From Candidatus Doudnabacteria bacterium (GTDB lineage Bacteria > Patescibacteriota > Doudnabacteria > UBA920 > 2-01-FULL-46-14): a stretch of 64,000 bases of DNA. The notes under the pieces were generated by a model. The model had not been told where the DNA came from. It ran no database searches and worked only from the letters and a program-made list of their open reading frames with translations. Below are positions 30,308-40,330 of the stretch, one piece after another. Position 1 is the first letter of the stretch. Each line of letters starts with the position of its first letter. Made by a program: the position numbers and the translations under genes. The stretch is from assembly GCA_041497195.1 (NCBI GenBank), contig JBGQGB010000002.1, positions 172,140 to 236,139 on the forward strand, read 5' to 3'.

Positions 30308-31429
30308 ATGGCAGAGGAGCAGGACAGCAAAAATCCAAAACCTCACGGCATTCTGGACACCGTGAGCTATACGCGACAAAATGAGACTTTGCGTAACTTC
30401 AATCCGCAAAGTTTTGTTAGTACTTTTTTGGATGGGCTCAAGCTTCGGGAGAGACAAATACTCTCCAGCCGATACGGCCTCGATGACGGCCAGCCACAAA
30501 CATTGGAAGAAATCGGGAAAAGACTGGGTTTGACTCGCGAGCGGGTGAGACAAATCGAAAAAGAAACGACCAAAAAGCTGCAACAAAAAAATATACCCGT
30601 CAGCCTCGAACAGACTGTAGATCTGATATTCCAAATAATCGAGGACAGCGGCAACATAGCGATCGAGGAAAAAATTCTGGACACGCTCCTGGCAGCGAAC
30701 AAGACCGAGGTGGGGCGCAAGGCAATCTTATTTGTTCTAAATTTAGCGCCGCGCTTTAACCGTTTCAAAGAAACAAACAGCTACAGCGCCGGCTGGTCCG
30801 TGACCGGTTTTGATGTCAATCTACTGGAACAAATAATTTCAGCTGCGCAGGAAAGGCTGGAAACAGCGCAAAAACCTTTGCGCGGCGACATTCTGTTTGA
30901 CCAAATTCGAAAACAGATTAATTCCGCAGAAATCCAAAATCTCACCAATGAAGCTTTGGACAGCTACACAAGCATGTCAAAGCAGATTGACAAAAACGTC
31001 TTTCAAGAATGGGGCTTAGCGAAATGGACCGATATTCATCCGAAGGACGTCGGAGATAAGGTATATTTGGTGTTGTCTCACCACGGCAAACCCGAACATT
31101 ACTCAAAAATTACCGAACTCATAAACAAACAAAGTTTTGATAAACGCACGGCCCACAAAGAAACCGTGCACAACGAACTCATAAAAGACGACCGGTTCGT
31201 ACTGGTAGGAAGGGGGATTTACGCGCTCACGAAATGGGGATACAAAAAAGGCGTAGTGGCCGACATAATCAAGGAAACTTTACAAAAATCTCCGGAGCCG
31301 CTGACTAGAGACCAATTGATTGAGCAGGTTCTCAAACAGCGTCTTGTGAAAAGAAATACTATTATAGTCGGGCTTTCCAATCGCAAACTCTTTCGTAAAA
31401 CTTCGGACAACAAATACACAAATGTTTAG
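30308..31429 (+). CDS. DNA-binding protein: sigma-70 region-4-like HTH (N-terminal third) plus C-terminal HARE-HTH-like winged helix
   Basis: LSSRYGLDDGQPQTLEEIGKRLGLTRERVRQIEKETTKKL matches sigma70 region 4. The C-terminal DDRFVLVGRGIYALTKWGY matches the HARE-HTH terminal motif (compare RpoE delta DGRF...WGL..W). Confidence 0.55.
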   Translation: MAEEQDSKNPKPHGILDTVSYTRQNETLRNFNPQSFVSTFLDGLKLRERQILSSRYGLDDGQPQTLEEIGKRLGLTRERVRQIEKETTKKLQQKNIPVSLEQTVDLIFQIIEDSGNIAIEEKILDTLLAANKTEVGRKAILFVLNLAPRFNRFKETNSYSAGWSVTGFDVNLLEQIISAAQERLETAQKPLRGDILFDQIRKQINSAEIQNLTNEALDSYTSMSKQIDKNVFQEWGLAKWTDIHPKDVGDKVYLVLSHHGKPEHYSKITELINKQSFDKRTAHKETVHNELIKDDRFVLVGRGIYALTKWGYKKGVVADIIKETLQKSPEPLTRDQLIEQVLKQRLVKRNTIIVGLSNRKLFRKTSDNKYTNV

Positions 31430-32744
31430 TGACGTATTTCAGCTATTCAGCTTAATTTGGTTTTTAATGGTCAAAGGCGGGTGGGTCGTTTTGGCAGCCG
31501 GGCTCGTGTATATGTTTGGTTGGCTTTATATGGATCGGATCCAAATGGCTTGGTATCACAAACTCGAATGGGTATTTTTGAAAATCACGGTGCCCAAAGA
31601 AAACGATAAAAGTCCGCTGGCGTTCGAGCAGATTTTTGGCCACGTTCACGCTATGCACGCAACTTTTACCCCAGCCGAAAAATATTTGGAGGGTCAATTT
31701 CAAATCTGGTTCACTTGGGAAATCGTCAGCATCGGCGGTACTATCAGCAACTACGTCAAAATTCTGAAAAAATACCGAGATACTCTCGAGTCGGCCATTT
31801 ACTCACAATTTCCTCAGGCTGAAATCACCGAAACCGCTGACTACTTTGACAGTCTCCCAAAATACAACACGGACACATCCGAGTACGACATTTTCGCTTT
31901 TAATTTCAAATACAAACACCCCAATCCGTACCCGATCCGCAGCTATCTGGAATTCGAACACAGTAGTGCCGACACTTTTGTCGACCCGGTCGACGGCCTC
32001 TGGGAAGAGCTCACGAAAATCAGTCCCTATGAAATGGTCGTGTTTCAATATATTTTCCGGCCCATAGCGGACGATGACTGGAAAGAAACCGGGCGCAAAC
32101 TCGTGAGCAAGCTCAAAGGGGAGCGGGAGGCTTTGGAGGAAAAACCGAATTATTTAGCTCAGGCAGCTGGCTGGCTTATAAACCCCTTCATCGACGCTTT
32201 GATAATCAGGGCCAGCCCCGGGGAGCACCGACCAGCACCACGGAAGGAAGAGTTGCCCCCCAGCCTGATGTTGCATTTGTCTGAGGGAGAAAAAGAAATA
32301 ATCAGCGCGATTGAGCGCAAACTTGCCAAGCTGACTTACCAAACCAAACTTCACGTTCTGTATATAGCCCCCAGGGAAAAGTATAACCCCAGCCCGGTTT
32401 ATACGGCTATAATTGGCGCGATAAAAAGCGTTGGTTCAGCGGACACCAATTCGCTCAAGCCAGACACGCACAAATGGACCAAGGTCCACTACGGAGCATT
32501 TAAAGAGTGGGAAAAACCGATTACCACAACCAGGCTGAACTATCGCAAACGGCGCTTCATGAGCCGGATCAGGCGACGTTTTTATTTCCACGGACCAGCG
32601 CCGATGATTCTCAGTACCGAGGAAATCGCCACGATTTTGCACTTCCCCAGAACCGAGGTCACAGTCCCGCAGATTGAAAAAGTCGAGGTTATGAAAGTTC
32701 AGCCACCACCGGAGTTACCTGTTATTTATGATGAAACTATATGA
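31422..32744 (+). CDS. membrane protein (2 N-terminal TM helices + ~370-aa cytoplasmic domain), hypothetical; putative partner of downstream coupling ATPase
   Basis: N-terminal hydrophobic helices (LFSLIWFLMV, WVVLAAGLVYMFGWLY). An 8-nt overlap with the upstream gene and a 4-nt overlap with the downstream gene. Confidence 0.5.
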   Translation: MFSDVFQLFSLIWFLMVKGGWVVLAAGLVYMFGWLYMDRIQMAWYHKLEWVFLKITVPKENDKSPLAFEQIFGHVHAMHATFTPAEKYLEGQFQIWFTWEIVSIGGTISNYVKILKKYRDTLESAIYSQFPQAEITETADYFDSLPKYNTDTSEYDIFAFNFKYKHPNPYPIRSYLEFEHSSADTFVDPVDGLWEELTKISPYEMVVFQYIFRPIADDDWKETGRKLVSKLKGEREALEEKPNYLAQAAGWLINPFIDALIIRASPGEHRPAPRKEELPPSLMLHLSEGEKEIISAIERKLAKLTYQTKLHVLYIAPREKYNPSPVYTAIIGAIKSVGSADTNSLKPDTHKWTKVHYGAFKEWEKPITTTRLNYRKRRFMSRIRRRFYFHGPAPMILSTEEIATILHFPRTEVTVPQIEKVEVMKVQPPPELPVIYDETI

Positions 32745-34354
32745 ATAACAATCGAGAACACATCAATCTTTTCGCCCGAACCAATTTTCGTAACCGCGAG
32801 GTACCTTTTGGCATCAAGGAAGATGACCGGCGCCGGCACATGTACATCATCGGCAAGACAGGCATGGGAAAGACTACCATGATTGAAAACATGATAGTCC
32901 AGGATATCGCTGCCGGTCACGGCGTGGCCTTTGTCGACCCCCATGGCGAATCAGTCGAAAAGATTCTTCAGTATATCCCTTCCTCGCGCGTCAACGATGT
33001 CGTGTATTTCAATCCCGCGGATATCGACTATCCGATAGCCTTCAATCCGCTCGAGTCAGTCGATCCGAAATACAAACACTTGGTTGCGTCCGGACTGATG
33101 GGCGTATTCACTAAAATTTGGGAAAATGTCTGGAGTGCCCGGATGGAATACATTTTGAACAACACAATACTTGCTCTGCTGGACACTCCGGGCAACACTA
33201 TGCTCGGTATTGCGCGCATGCTGGTGGACAAAAAATTTCGCAAACGAATAACCGACAACACCCGGGATCCAGTGGTCAAATCCTTTTGGATAGATGAGTT
33301 CGCTAATTATAACGATCGGTTCCGCAACGAAGCCATTGCGCCTATCCAGAACAAAGTCGGACAATTTTTATCCTCCGCCATTATCAGAAACATTGTTGGC
33401 CAGACAAAAAGCACTGTTGATTTGCGGGATATCATGGACAACAGGAAGATTTTACTTCTGAATTTGGCCAAAGGCCGCATCGGCGAGGACAATTCGAAAC
33501 TTCTAGGAGCGATGTTTATCACCAAGCTGCAGCTGGCAGCGATGAGTAGGGTAGATGTTCCGGAAGAAGAGCGGGCAGATTTTTATTTGTACGTTGACGA
33601 ATTTCAAAACTTTGCGACGCAGTCGTTCGCGACTATCCTGTCAGAGGCTAGAAAATACCGACTGAATTTGATAATCGCCCACCAATACATTGAGCAGCTT
33701 GACGAGGAGGTCGCCGCTGCAGTATTTGGTAACGTCGGTACAATCATTTTATTCAGGATTGGGGCAACGGACGCTGAAGCCCTGGAGCCTGAATTTTTGC
33801 CGACTTTTGAACAGGATGACCTGGTCAACCTGAGCAAATATCACATTTATCTAAAACTGATGATAAACGGTGTCTCTTCGCAGCCATTTTCGGCTGTCAC
33901 TCTACAGCCGCTTGCAGAAAAAACGGGAAATCTAGATAAGGTCATCAAAGTTTCCCGCGAAAGATACAGCCGTCCGCGCGAACAAATCGAGGAAAAGATT
34001 ACGCGCTGGATGGGACAGGAATACCATAGCGAAGCGGCCCAGCAGGACCTCACGGAAGAAGAGGCAGAGGAGGAAAGGGGAGGAGTGATATTCAGTGGAG
34101 CTACCGCGGCGCCTGCAGCTACGAAGCCTGTTGTAGTAGAAAAACCAGATGCTCCTGCCCCGGCTAACCCCGTACTGAATTCTAAACCACAAGAAAATCC
34201 GGTTTGGCAGAAAGTTGCCAGCGACCAAGAGAAAAAGACCCAAGAGGCAATAAAAAAAGTCTCCAAGACGCTGCGTTTTGATTTTGCTAACAAGAAAAAT
34301 CAACTCCAACCGCCGCGCCCACCAGTTGAGAGTGACAAACCACGACAAACTTGA
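32741..34354 (+). CDS. VirD4/TrwB/TraD-like type IV coupling-protein ATPase (soluble; lacks own TM anchor) with acidic/low-complexity C-terminal tail
   Basis: RRRHMYIIGKTGMGKTT...VAFVDPHGE...VYFNPADIDYPIAFNPLE parallels the TrwB RHLLVNGATGTGKS...VDPNGD...ILNPYD motifs. Walker B FYLYVDEFQNF is present. The C-terminal EEEAEEERG... tail is acidic. Confidence 0.65.
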   Translation: MNNNREHINLFARTNFRNREVPFGIKEDDRRRHMYIIGKTGMGKTTMIENMIVQDIAAGHGVAFVDPHGESVEKILQYIPSSRVNDVVYFNPADIDYPIAFNPLESVDPKYKHLVASGLMGVFTKIWENVWSARMEYILNNTILALLDTPGNTMLGIARMLVDKKFRKRITDNTRDPVVKSFWIDEFANYNDRFRNEAIAPIQNKVGQFLSSAIIRNIVGQTKSTVDLRDIMDNRKILLLNLAKGRIGEDNSKLLGAMFITKLQLAAMSRVDVPEEERADFYLYVDEFQNFATQSFATILSEARKYRLNLIIAHQYIEQLDEEVAAAVFGNVGTIILFRIGATDAEALEPEFLPTFEQDDLVNLSKYHIYLKLMINGVSSQPFSAVTLQPLAEKTGNLDKVIKVSRERYSRPREQIEEKITRWMGQEYHSEAAQQDLTEEEAEEERGGVIFSGATAAPAATKPVVVEKPDAPAPANPVLNSKPQENPVWQKVASDQEKKTQEAIKKVSKTLRFDFANKKNQLQPPRPPVESDKPRQT

Positions 34355-34367
34355 TACACTTTAGCTC

Positions 34368-35456
34368 ATGAAAAAGGTCTTGGTCGCCATGAGCGGAGGA
34401 GTTGACTCCTCGGTAGCAGCAGCCCTTCTGAAACAGCAGGGCTATTTTGTTGCAGGCGGTTATATGAAAAATTTTTCCGAAGAGTCATGGTCTGGTGTCA
34501 TCAAAGCAGATTGCCCATGGGAACAGGATGTCGCTGATGCCAAGGCGGTATGCGATAAACTTGGAATCGAATTACGTAGTTTTAATTTTGAAAAAGAATA
34601 CAAAGACAAGGTGGTTGAATATTTTTTCGCTGATTACGCAGCGGGGCGCACACCAAACCCCGACATCATATGCAATAAAGAAATCAAATTCAAGCTTTTT
34701 CTTGATAAAGCTTTAGAATTGGGGTTTGACTATATAGCTACAGGTCACTACGCTCGAATCCAAAAACTTACGAGGTACAACTTTAGTACTTACCAACTTT
34801 GCAAGGGACTGGACGCAAAAAAAGACCAATCCTATTTTCTGTATACCCTCACTCAAGACCAACTTGCTCATTCGATCTTTCCAGTCGGAGAATATGCCAA
34901 AACGCAAGTGCGCCAATTGGCTCGCGACTTTGGATTGCCAAACTCAGAAAAAAAAGACTCCCAAGGAGTTTGTTTCATCGGCCGCATCAATCTGCGCGAA
35001 TTCCTGAAACAAAGGATTCCGGAAAGAGTCGGAGAAATAGTGACGACCGCAGGTCAAGTCATCGGGCAACACCGCGGGGCTGCTTACTTCACAATCGGCC
35101 AGCGAGAAGGATTGGGCGTCGGCGGCGGCACTCCCTACTATGTCTCCCAAAAAAATGTTTTAAAAAATCAGATCGTTGTCGCCCAAGGGCGACAAGATAG
35201 CTCAATGTACAAAACTGAAGTTAGAATCGCCAACCCCCATTGGATTGGCAAGGAACCAAAACTTCCTTTCAGCTGTCGCACTAAAATCCGTTACCAGCAA
35301 CTAGATCAGGAATGTGAGGTCACTAAACAAGGTAGCGAATTGATCGTGAACTTTCGGGAGTCCCAGTTTGCTGTAGCCCCCGGGCAGTCCATAGTATTTT
35401 ACAACGGCAATCTCGTCGTAGGTGGCGCCATCATCGAAAATTCGTTTCGCTACTGA
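34368..35456 (+). CDS. mnmA: tRNA-specific 2-thiouridylase MnmA
   Basis: PP-loop VLVAMSGGVDSSVAA and a C-terminal MnmA domain. Confidence 0.9.
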   Translation: MKKVLVAMSGGVDSSVAAALLKQQGYFVAGGYMKNFSEESWSGVIKADCPWEQDVADAKAVCDKLGIELRSFNFEKEYKDKVVEYFFADYAAGRTPNPDIICNKEIKFKLFLDKALELGFDYIATGHYARIQKLTRYNFSTYQLCKGLDAKKDQSYFLYTLTQDQLAHSIFPVGEYAKTQVRQLARDFGLPNSEKKDSQGVCFIGRINLREFLKQRIPERVGEIVTTAGQVIGQHRGAAYFTIGQREGLGVGGGTPYYVSQKNVLKNQIVVAQGRQDSSMYKTEVRIANPHWIGKEPKLPFSCRTKIRYQQLDQECEVTKQGSELIVNFRESQFAVAPGQSIVFYNGNLVVGGAIIENSFRY

Positions 35457-35521
35457 TTCTGTCGAAAAAACTTTTTGACAATCGGCTGCCTCTACTAAAG
35501 GGACGTCATAGGTTCTTTTTT

Positions 35522-37498
35522 CTATTTGACTAAAAATTTCACTATCAAAAGAGCGACGATATTGATGATCTTAATCATCGGGTTTATCGCGGGCCCGGCT
35601 GTATCCTTGTAGGGATCACCGACTGTATCCCCGGTGACTGCAGCAGCATGAGCAGGGGAGCCTTTGCCGCCGTACTGACCCTCTTCAATGTATTTTTTCG
35701 CATTATCCCAGGCAGCCCCTCCTGAGGTCATCGAAATCGCTACGAACAGCCCGGTCACGATTGTCCCGACCAGGAGACCACCCAGCGCTTTGGGTCCCAA
35801 AATAAAACCGACAAGAAGCGGTGCGGCCACTGGAAGTAGCGCCGGGATCAACATCTCTCTCAATGCAGCCTTTGTCACGATATCAACTGCGCGAGCATAA
35901 TCCGGTTTGGTAGTGCCTTCCATGATGCCTTTGATTTCGCGGAACTGCCGTCTGACTTCTTCCACGACCGCCCCGGCGGCCTTGCCAACCGCCAGCATGG
36001 CCATGGACCCGAACAGATAAGGAAGAAGCGCGCCCAAGAATATTCCAGAAAGAACGCGAACATCGGAAAGCTCAAAGACAATTTTGTGTCCCAACTCAGC
36101 CAGCTCTTGGGTATAAGCGCCAAAAAGTACTATCGCAGCGAGGCCCGCGGAAGCGATCGCGTACCCTTTGGTTACGGCCTTGGTCGTATTGCCAACCGCA
36201 TCAAGAGCGTCTGTTACTTTTCTGACCGACTCGGGAAGTCCCGCCATCTCAGCGATGCCGCCGGCATTGTCTGTAATTGGTCCAAAAGCATCAATTGCGA
36301 TGATTATGCCTGTCAAAGACAGAAGTGACATGACCGCGATTCCTACACCGTAAATCCCCGCCAATTTGAAGCTGACAAGAATGCCCCCGACAATCAGGAC
36401 GGCGGGCAGAGCGGTTGCTTCCATGCTCATGGCCAGACCGGTGATGATGTTTGTGCCGTGTCCGCTTGTTGAGGATTTGGCAATGACTTGGACGGGCCGG
36501 AATTTTTTCGAAGTATAATATTCCGTAATCACGAACATTCCCAGAGCTACGACCAGCCCGACAATTGCTGACCAAAAAAACTTCACTCCAGATGAGTAAG
36601 AACTAGTGATCCAGTAAAACCCAGCGGCCCCCAAGAGTCCGCTCACTGCAAGCCCTCGGTAAAGGGCGGTCATTATTTGGCCGGATGCAGGCAATCTGAC
36701 AAAAAAGGTTCCAACGATTGACGCAAAAATCGCCACCCCACCAATAAGCAGCGGGAGGTAGACCAAATCAGCGGCTCCCGGATAGACCAAGCTGCCCAAA
36801 AGCATGACCGCTACCAGAGTCACAGCATAGGTTTCAAAAAGATCCGCGGCCATGCCAGCGTCATCGCCGACATTGTCACCGACATTGTCAGCTATGACCG
36901 CCGGGTTGCGAGGGTCGTCTTCGGGAATACCGGCCTCGACTTTGCCAACCAGGTCTGCGCCAACATCAGCGCCCTTTGTAAAAATACCTCCTCCAAGTCT
37001 GGCAAAAACAGAAATTAGTGACCCCCCAAAGCCCAAACCAATCAGAGATTTGAGATCATGAGTAAGCGCAAAAAAACCGGCAACTGACAAGAGCGCCAGA
37101 CCGACCACAAACAGACCCGTAACCGCACCGCCTTTAAAAGCCAGGTCCAGGGCCTCGCTGAGGCCGCTCTTGGCGGCTTCAGCTGTACGAACATTGGCCC
37201 GGACCGCAACATTCATGCCGATAAAACCAGCCAGAGCCGAGGCGACCGCCCCAATCAAAAAAGCCAGAGCAGTGTTTGCTCCGAGAAATATCCAAACCGC
37301 AACAAAAATTACGACAGCTACCACGCCGACGGTAGTGTATTGGCGCTTCAAGTAAGCATTGGCTCCTTCTTGGATGGCGGCTGCGATGGAGCGCATTTTT
37401 TCGTCGCCTTGGGGTTTCCTATTAATAAACACAGCCAACAAAAGGCCGTAAAGGATGGCTACGACCGAAGCGAGTAGGGCAAACAAAATGGGAGGCAT
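35522..37498 (-). CDS. hppA: membrane-bound proton-translocating pyrophosphatase (H+-PPase)
   Basis: [19 protein letters not shown] and DNVGDNVGD signature motifs. 658 aa, polytopic. Confidence 0.9.
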   Translation of the reverse strand: MPPILFALLASVVAILYGLLLAVFINRKPQGDEKMRSIAAAIQEGANAYLKRQYTTVGVVAVVIFVAVWIFLGANTALAFLIGAVASALAGFIGMNVAVRANVRTAEAAKSGLSEALDLAFKGGAVTGLFVVGLALLSVAGFFALTHDLKSLIGLGFGGSLISVFARLGGGIFTKGADVGADLVGKVEAGIPEDDPRNPAVIADNVGDNVGDDAGMAADLFETYAVTLVAVMLLGSLVYPGAADLVYLPLLIGGVAIFASIVGTFFVRLPASGQIMTALYRGLAVSGLLGAAGFYWITSSYSSGVKFFWSAIVGLVVALGMFVITEYYTSKKFRPVQVIAKSSTSGHGTNIITGLAMSMEATALPAVLIVGGILVSFKLAGIYGVGIAVMSLLSLTGIIIAIDAFGPITDNAGGIAEMAGLPESVRKVTDALDAVGNTTKAVTKGYAIASAGLAAIVLFGAYTQELAELGHKIVFELSDVRVLSGIFLGALLPYLFGSMAMLAVGKAAGAVVEEVRRQFREIKGIMEGTTKPDYARAVDIVTKAALREMLIPALLPVAAPLLVGFILGPKALGGLLVGTIVTGLFVAISMTSGGAAWDNAKKYIEEGQYGGKGSPAHAAAVTGDTVGDPYKDTAGPAINPMIKIINIVALLIVKFLVK

Positions 37499-37675
37499 AG
37501 AGCTGGTATTTTATTGGCTTAATTACTCATATTTTAGCTAAAATCTGGCGCACAAGGCAAATGGTGACAAAACTTATCCACAAAACTTTTTTACGGCTTT
37601 TTGTGCTTAACCTATAATAAAGTCGTACAAAACTCTCCAAAAACAGCAAATCCTGAGAGGGGGTGAAAAGAATAA

Positions 37676-38035
37676 ATGGCAAAAATGTTTTCAATGCTCG
37701 TGGGGTGGGTGCTGGTTATTGTCGGACTACTCAATTTTTTCGTGGCTCCGATCAAACTGCTGCCAGCACATGCCGTTTTCCACATAGTCGCGGGGCTCCT
37801 CGGTATTTGGGCGGCTAAAAACCATGCAGTCGGCTATGCGATGTGGGTTGGTGTCGTCGGCGTCTTACTGGCCCTCATCGGATTTTTCTTTGGATACCCG
37901 ACTCTCTTGGGCCTCATCAACCTTCCCGTCTGGATTACCGTCATTCACCTGGTGCTTGGCGTATGGGGATTATGGACTTACTGGGCGGCAACCAAAAAAC
38001 CAATGGCTTCAGGCGGACCAGCAACCGCTATGTAA
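37676..38035 (+). CDS. small 4-TM membrane protein, hypothetical
   Basis: 119 aa, hydrophobic, with its own terminator downstream. Confidence 0.45.
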   Translation: MAKMFSMLVGWVLVIVGLLNFFVAPIKLLPAHAVFHIVAGLLGIWAAKNHAVGYAMWVGVVGVLLALIGFFFGYPTLLGLINLPVWITVIHLVLGVWGLWTYWAATKKPMASGGPATAM

Positions 38036-38065
38036 AGCGCCGATTTTCAAAACACAAAAGGCTCA

Positions 38066-38104
38066 AAAACAACCCTGCGAAATATCTACGGGGTTGTTTT
38101 TTCA
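38066..38104 (+). terminator. intrinsic terminator
   Basis: aaacaaccc...gggttgttt stem followed by a T-run. Confidence 0.45.
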
Positions 38105-38301
38105 AACTGAAAATCAACGTTTGTAAAAAATAGGGAAAAAGCTGCGCCGGTAGCGCCACAAATGATAAACCATAGCGATCGCTACTAGAACAAGCTCTAT
38201 CTGGTGAATGTATAAAGCGATAAAAGTCAAAATCGGGTTTTGAGCCGTCAAGGCGCTCATGGCGTGATGGTGCATGTTTGGGCCTGAATTTAAAAGTTTC
38301 T

Positions 38302-38339
38302 AAAAACCCCGCCTTGATATTATCGAGGCGGGGTTTTTT
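38302..38339. terminator. strong bidirectional intrinsic terminator (8-bp GC stem ccccgcct/aggcgggg, A-run 5', T-run 3')
   Basis: aaaaaccccgccttgatattatcgaggcggggtttttt, 10 nt downstream of the RRM gene stop. Confidence 0.7.
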
Positions 38340-38349
38340 GGATCATTCC

Positions 38350-38676
38350 TTAAAAGCGATCATCGCGTCGTCCACCGAATCCGCCTCGACCGCCACCGCC
38401 ACCAAAATTGCCGCGGGGTGCTCTGGGCTGGAGAGGACGAGCTTCGTTGACCACGATTTTTCTACCTTCCATCTCGTAACCATTGAACATTTCAATGGCT
38501 TTCGCGGCTTCCTCATCGGAAGCCATCTCGACAAACCCGAAGCCTTTTGATCGGCCAGAGAATTTGTCCATGATGACAGAGGCAGAAGAGACAGCACCTG
38601 CTTGGGAAAAAAGATCCTGCAGTTCACTGTCAGTGGTTTTGTAAGGAAGACTCCCTACGTAAAGCTTCTTTGCCAC
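38350..38676 (-). CDS. RRM-type RNA-binding protein with Gly/Arg-rich tail
   Basis: RNP2 LYVGSL and RNP1 KGFGFVEM. C-terminal GGGGGRGGFGGRRDDRF. Confidence 0.8.
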   Translation of the reverse strand: MAKKLYVGSLPYKTTDSELQDLFSQAGAVSSASVIMDKFSGRSKGFGFVEMASDEEAAKAIEMFNGYEMEGRKIVVNEARPLQPRAPRGNFGGGGGRGGFGGRRDDRF

Positions 38677-38796
38677 TTCACTTATCCTTGCTTAGCACGA
38701 GTAGGGGGTCCGAACAAAAAACCACGCTAACTTGATGCTAATTATTAAGTTTCAATGCAGTTTATGTGAATGTTCGACTGCAATCCACACTATACA

Positions 38797-39306
38797 CTAC
38801 TTCGCTCTTTTTGGCAAGTTCTTTGTCAAAACCGAGAATTTCAAATGAAATCCCACGACGCCAAAGGCCACGGCCACATTCAGGGATTCTTTCCGGCCGG
38901 ACATCGGGATTTCCAAGACTTTGTCACACTGCTTCAAGATGGCTAGGGGCAATCCTGTCACCTCATTGCCCACGACCAAAGCAGTTAACGGCCACTGGGT
39001 ATTCTCGGCCGCCTTGAAACGAAAATAGGAAACAGCCTTGAGGCTTTGCTCCAATGCGAATATTTTGAAACCACCCCTTTTTAAGCTCTTAATCGCACTC
39101 AAGGAGGCACGGATTTTTTCCCAAGCAACAAAACGCTCAGCCCCCAAAGACACTTTCGCAAGCGGTTTGCGGACCCGGCCGTATCTATCCACTGGCTCCG
39201 GGGTAATACCGCTGAGATAGATTTTTTCTATTCCTAAAGCGTCGGCTGTCCTGAAAATGGAGCCGACGTTATGAAGACTACGGATATTGTCCAAAACAAC
39301 GATCAC
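38797..39306 (-). CDS. SpoU/TrmH-family RNA 2'-O-methyltransferase
   Basis: SPOUT motifs NVGSIFRTADALG, LVVGNEVTGL and IPMSGRKESLNVAVAFGVV. Confidence 0.8.
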   Translation of the reverse strand: MIVVLDNIRSLHNVGSIFRTADALGIEKIYLSGITPEPVDRYGRVRKPLAKVSLGAERFVAWEKIRASLSAIKSLKRGGFKIFALEQSLKAVSYFRFKAAENTQWPLTALVVGNEVTGLPLAILKQCDKVLEIPMSGRKESLNVAVAFGVVGFHLKFSVLTKNLPKRAK

Positions 39307-39788
39307 TTTGTCGTGCTCTTGGGGGGATACAAATCCTTGTCAATGTTGCGGTCAAAGCAAACCCGTCCTGAACCGTGCGCCCAGTTGTCATTAGCGCTGC
39401 CGTCATAGCCGGCTGGAGAAGGGGCTGACATGCGCGCCGGCAAAGGGACAGTTTTTGCCGAATTACTCATACTGGAACCGACATCAAAAGTAGCGCAAAG
39501 CTGAAAACTCTGGGGACTTGTCGCGACATACTGGTACTCCTGGCCGCTCTCGGGATCCCGCGGCACTGTAAAACCGGAAATCGAATCATTGAGCGCAGCC
39601 AGATTCTGCGGGAGAGTAGCTTTGCTCTGCCAATAATACAGAATCTGCGACTGGAGGTTCTGCAAATCCGAAACGCGCCTCTCGTCAAACCGTCGCAATC
39701 GTTCCTGCTGGGGTGAGCCGACTATAAAAAAACCCGTGACTACAGACACGGCTACCAAAACAATAACGATGTAAATGAAATACTTCAT
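39303..39788 (-). CDS. membrane-anchored hypothetical protein (N-terminal TM, extracytoplasmic domain with 2 Cys)
   Basis: N-terminal TM MKYFIYIVIVLVAVSVVTGFFIV. The 3' end overlaps the start of the SpoU gene. Confidence 0.4.
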   Translation of the reverse strand: MKYFIYIVIVLVAVSVVTGFFIVGSPQQERLRRFDERRVSDLQNLQSQILYYWQSKATLPQNLAALNDSISGFTVPRDPESGQEYQYVATSPQSFQLCATFDVGSSMSNSAKTVPLPARMSAPSPAGYDGSANDNWAHGSGRVCFDRNIDKDLYPPKSTTK

Positions 39789-40282
39789 TCATCTTTGTGC
39801 TTACGTAAGTCCCAGAGGTAGTAGGAAAAAATTGAACCGGCGATAAACAGGACTGTCAAAACTTTCAAGATAAAACGCACTGTCAAATCGCCGCCCAGAA
39901 GGTTGTAGACCAGGGTCACCAAATCGCCAATAATAATCACGGCAGCTACAAACAACGTCAGATAAATGAGCCATTTTCTGATGCGCAAACTCAGCTTTTC
40001 TGGATCGGATGAGTAAATCTTATTGAGATATTTTGTCACCAAAATATAAGTCGGAAAAACGATTATCAACGAAGCGATAGACCAACGAATGGAACTATAG
40101 GCGGACGTCAGCGCGTAGGAATTTTGCTCCAAAGGATCAGGAATCGAAATATTTATATAATTAAAAATCAGCGACCAAAAACTGCCAGCGCTGAAATAGA
40201 GCGTAAAAATGGCCAAAAGATGCAGAAATACGTCTCGCGGCCCGCCTTTTGATACTGTTTTGCCACTAACCTCTGGGGTCAT
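39785..40282 (-). CDS. 4-TM membrane protein, hypothetical
   Basis: 165 aa, hydrophobic. The 3' end overlaps the start of the downstream gene. Confidence 0.4.
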   Translation of the reverse strand: MTPEVSGKTVSKGGPRDVFLHLLAIFTLYFSAGSFWSLIFNYINISIPDPLEQNSYALTSAYSSIRWSIASLIIVFPTYILVTKYLNKIYSSDPEKLSLRIRKWLIYLTLFVAAVIIIGDLVTLVYNLLGGDLTVRFILKVLTVLFIAGSIFSYYLWDLRKHKDE

Positions 40283-40330
40283 ATTGATTGAAATATAGCA
40301 CTTTAGCCGTTTGCCAACAAGCCAGAAGTC

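Noticed and set aside
38113-38274. 54-aa minus-strand ORF (MHHHAMSALTAQNPILTFIAL...) downstream of the RRM gene terminator
   Set aside because: It is below the size cutoff and has no SD. It lies between two terminators. Possible, but there is not enough evidence.
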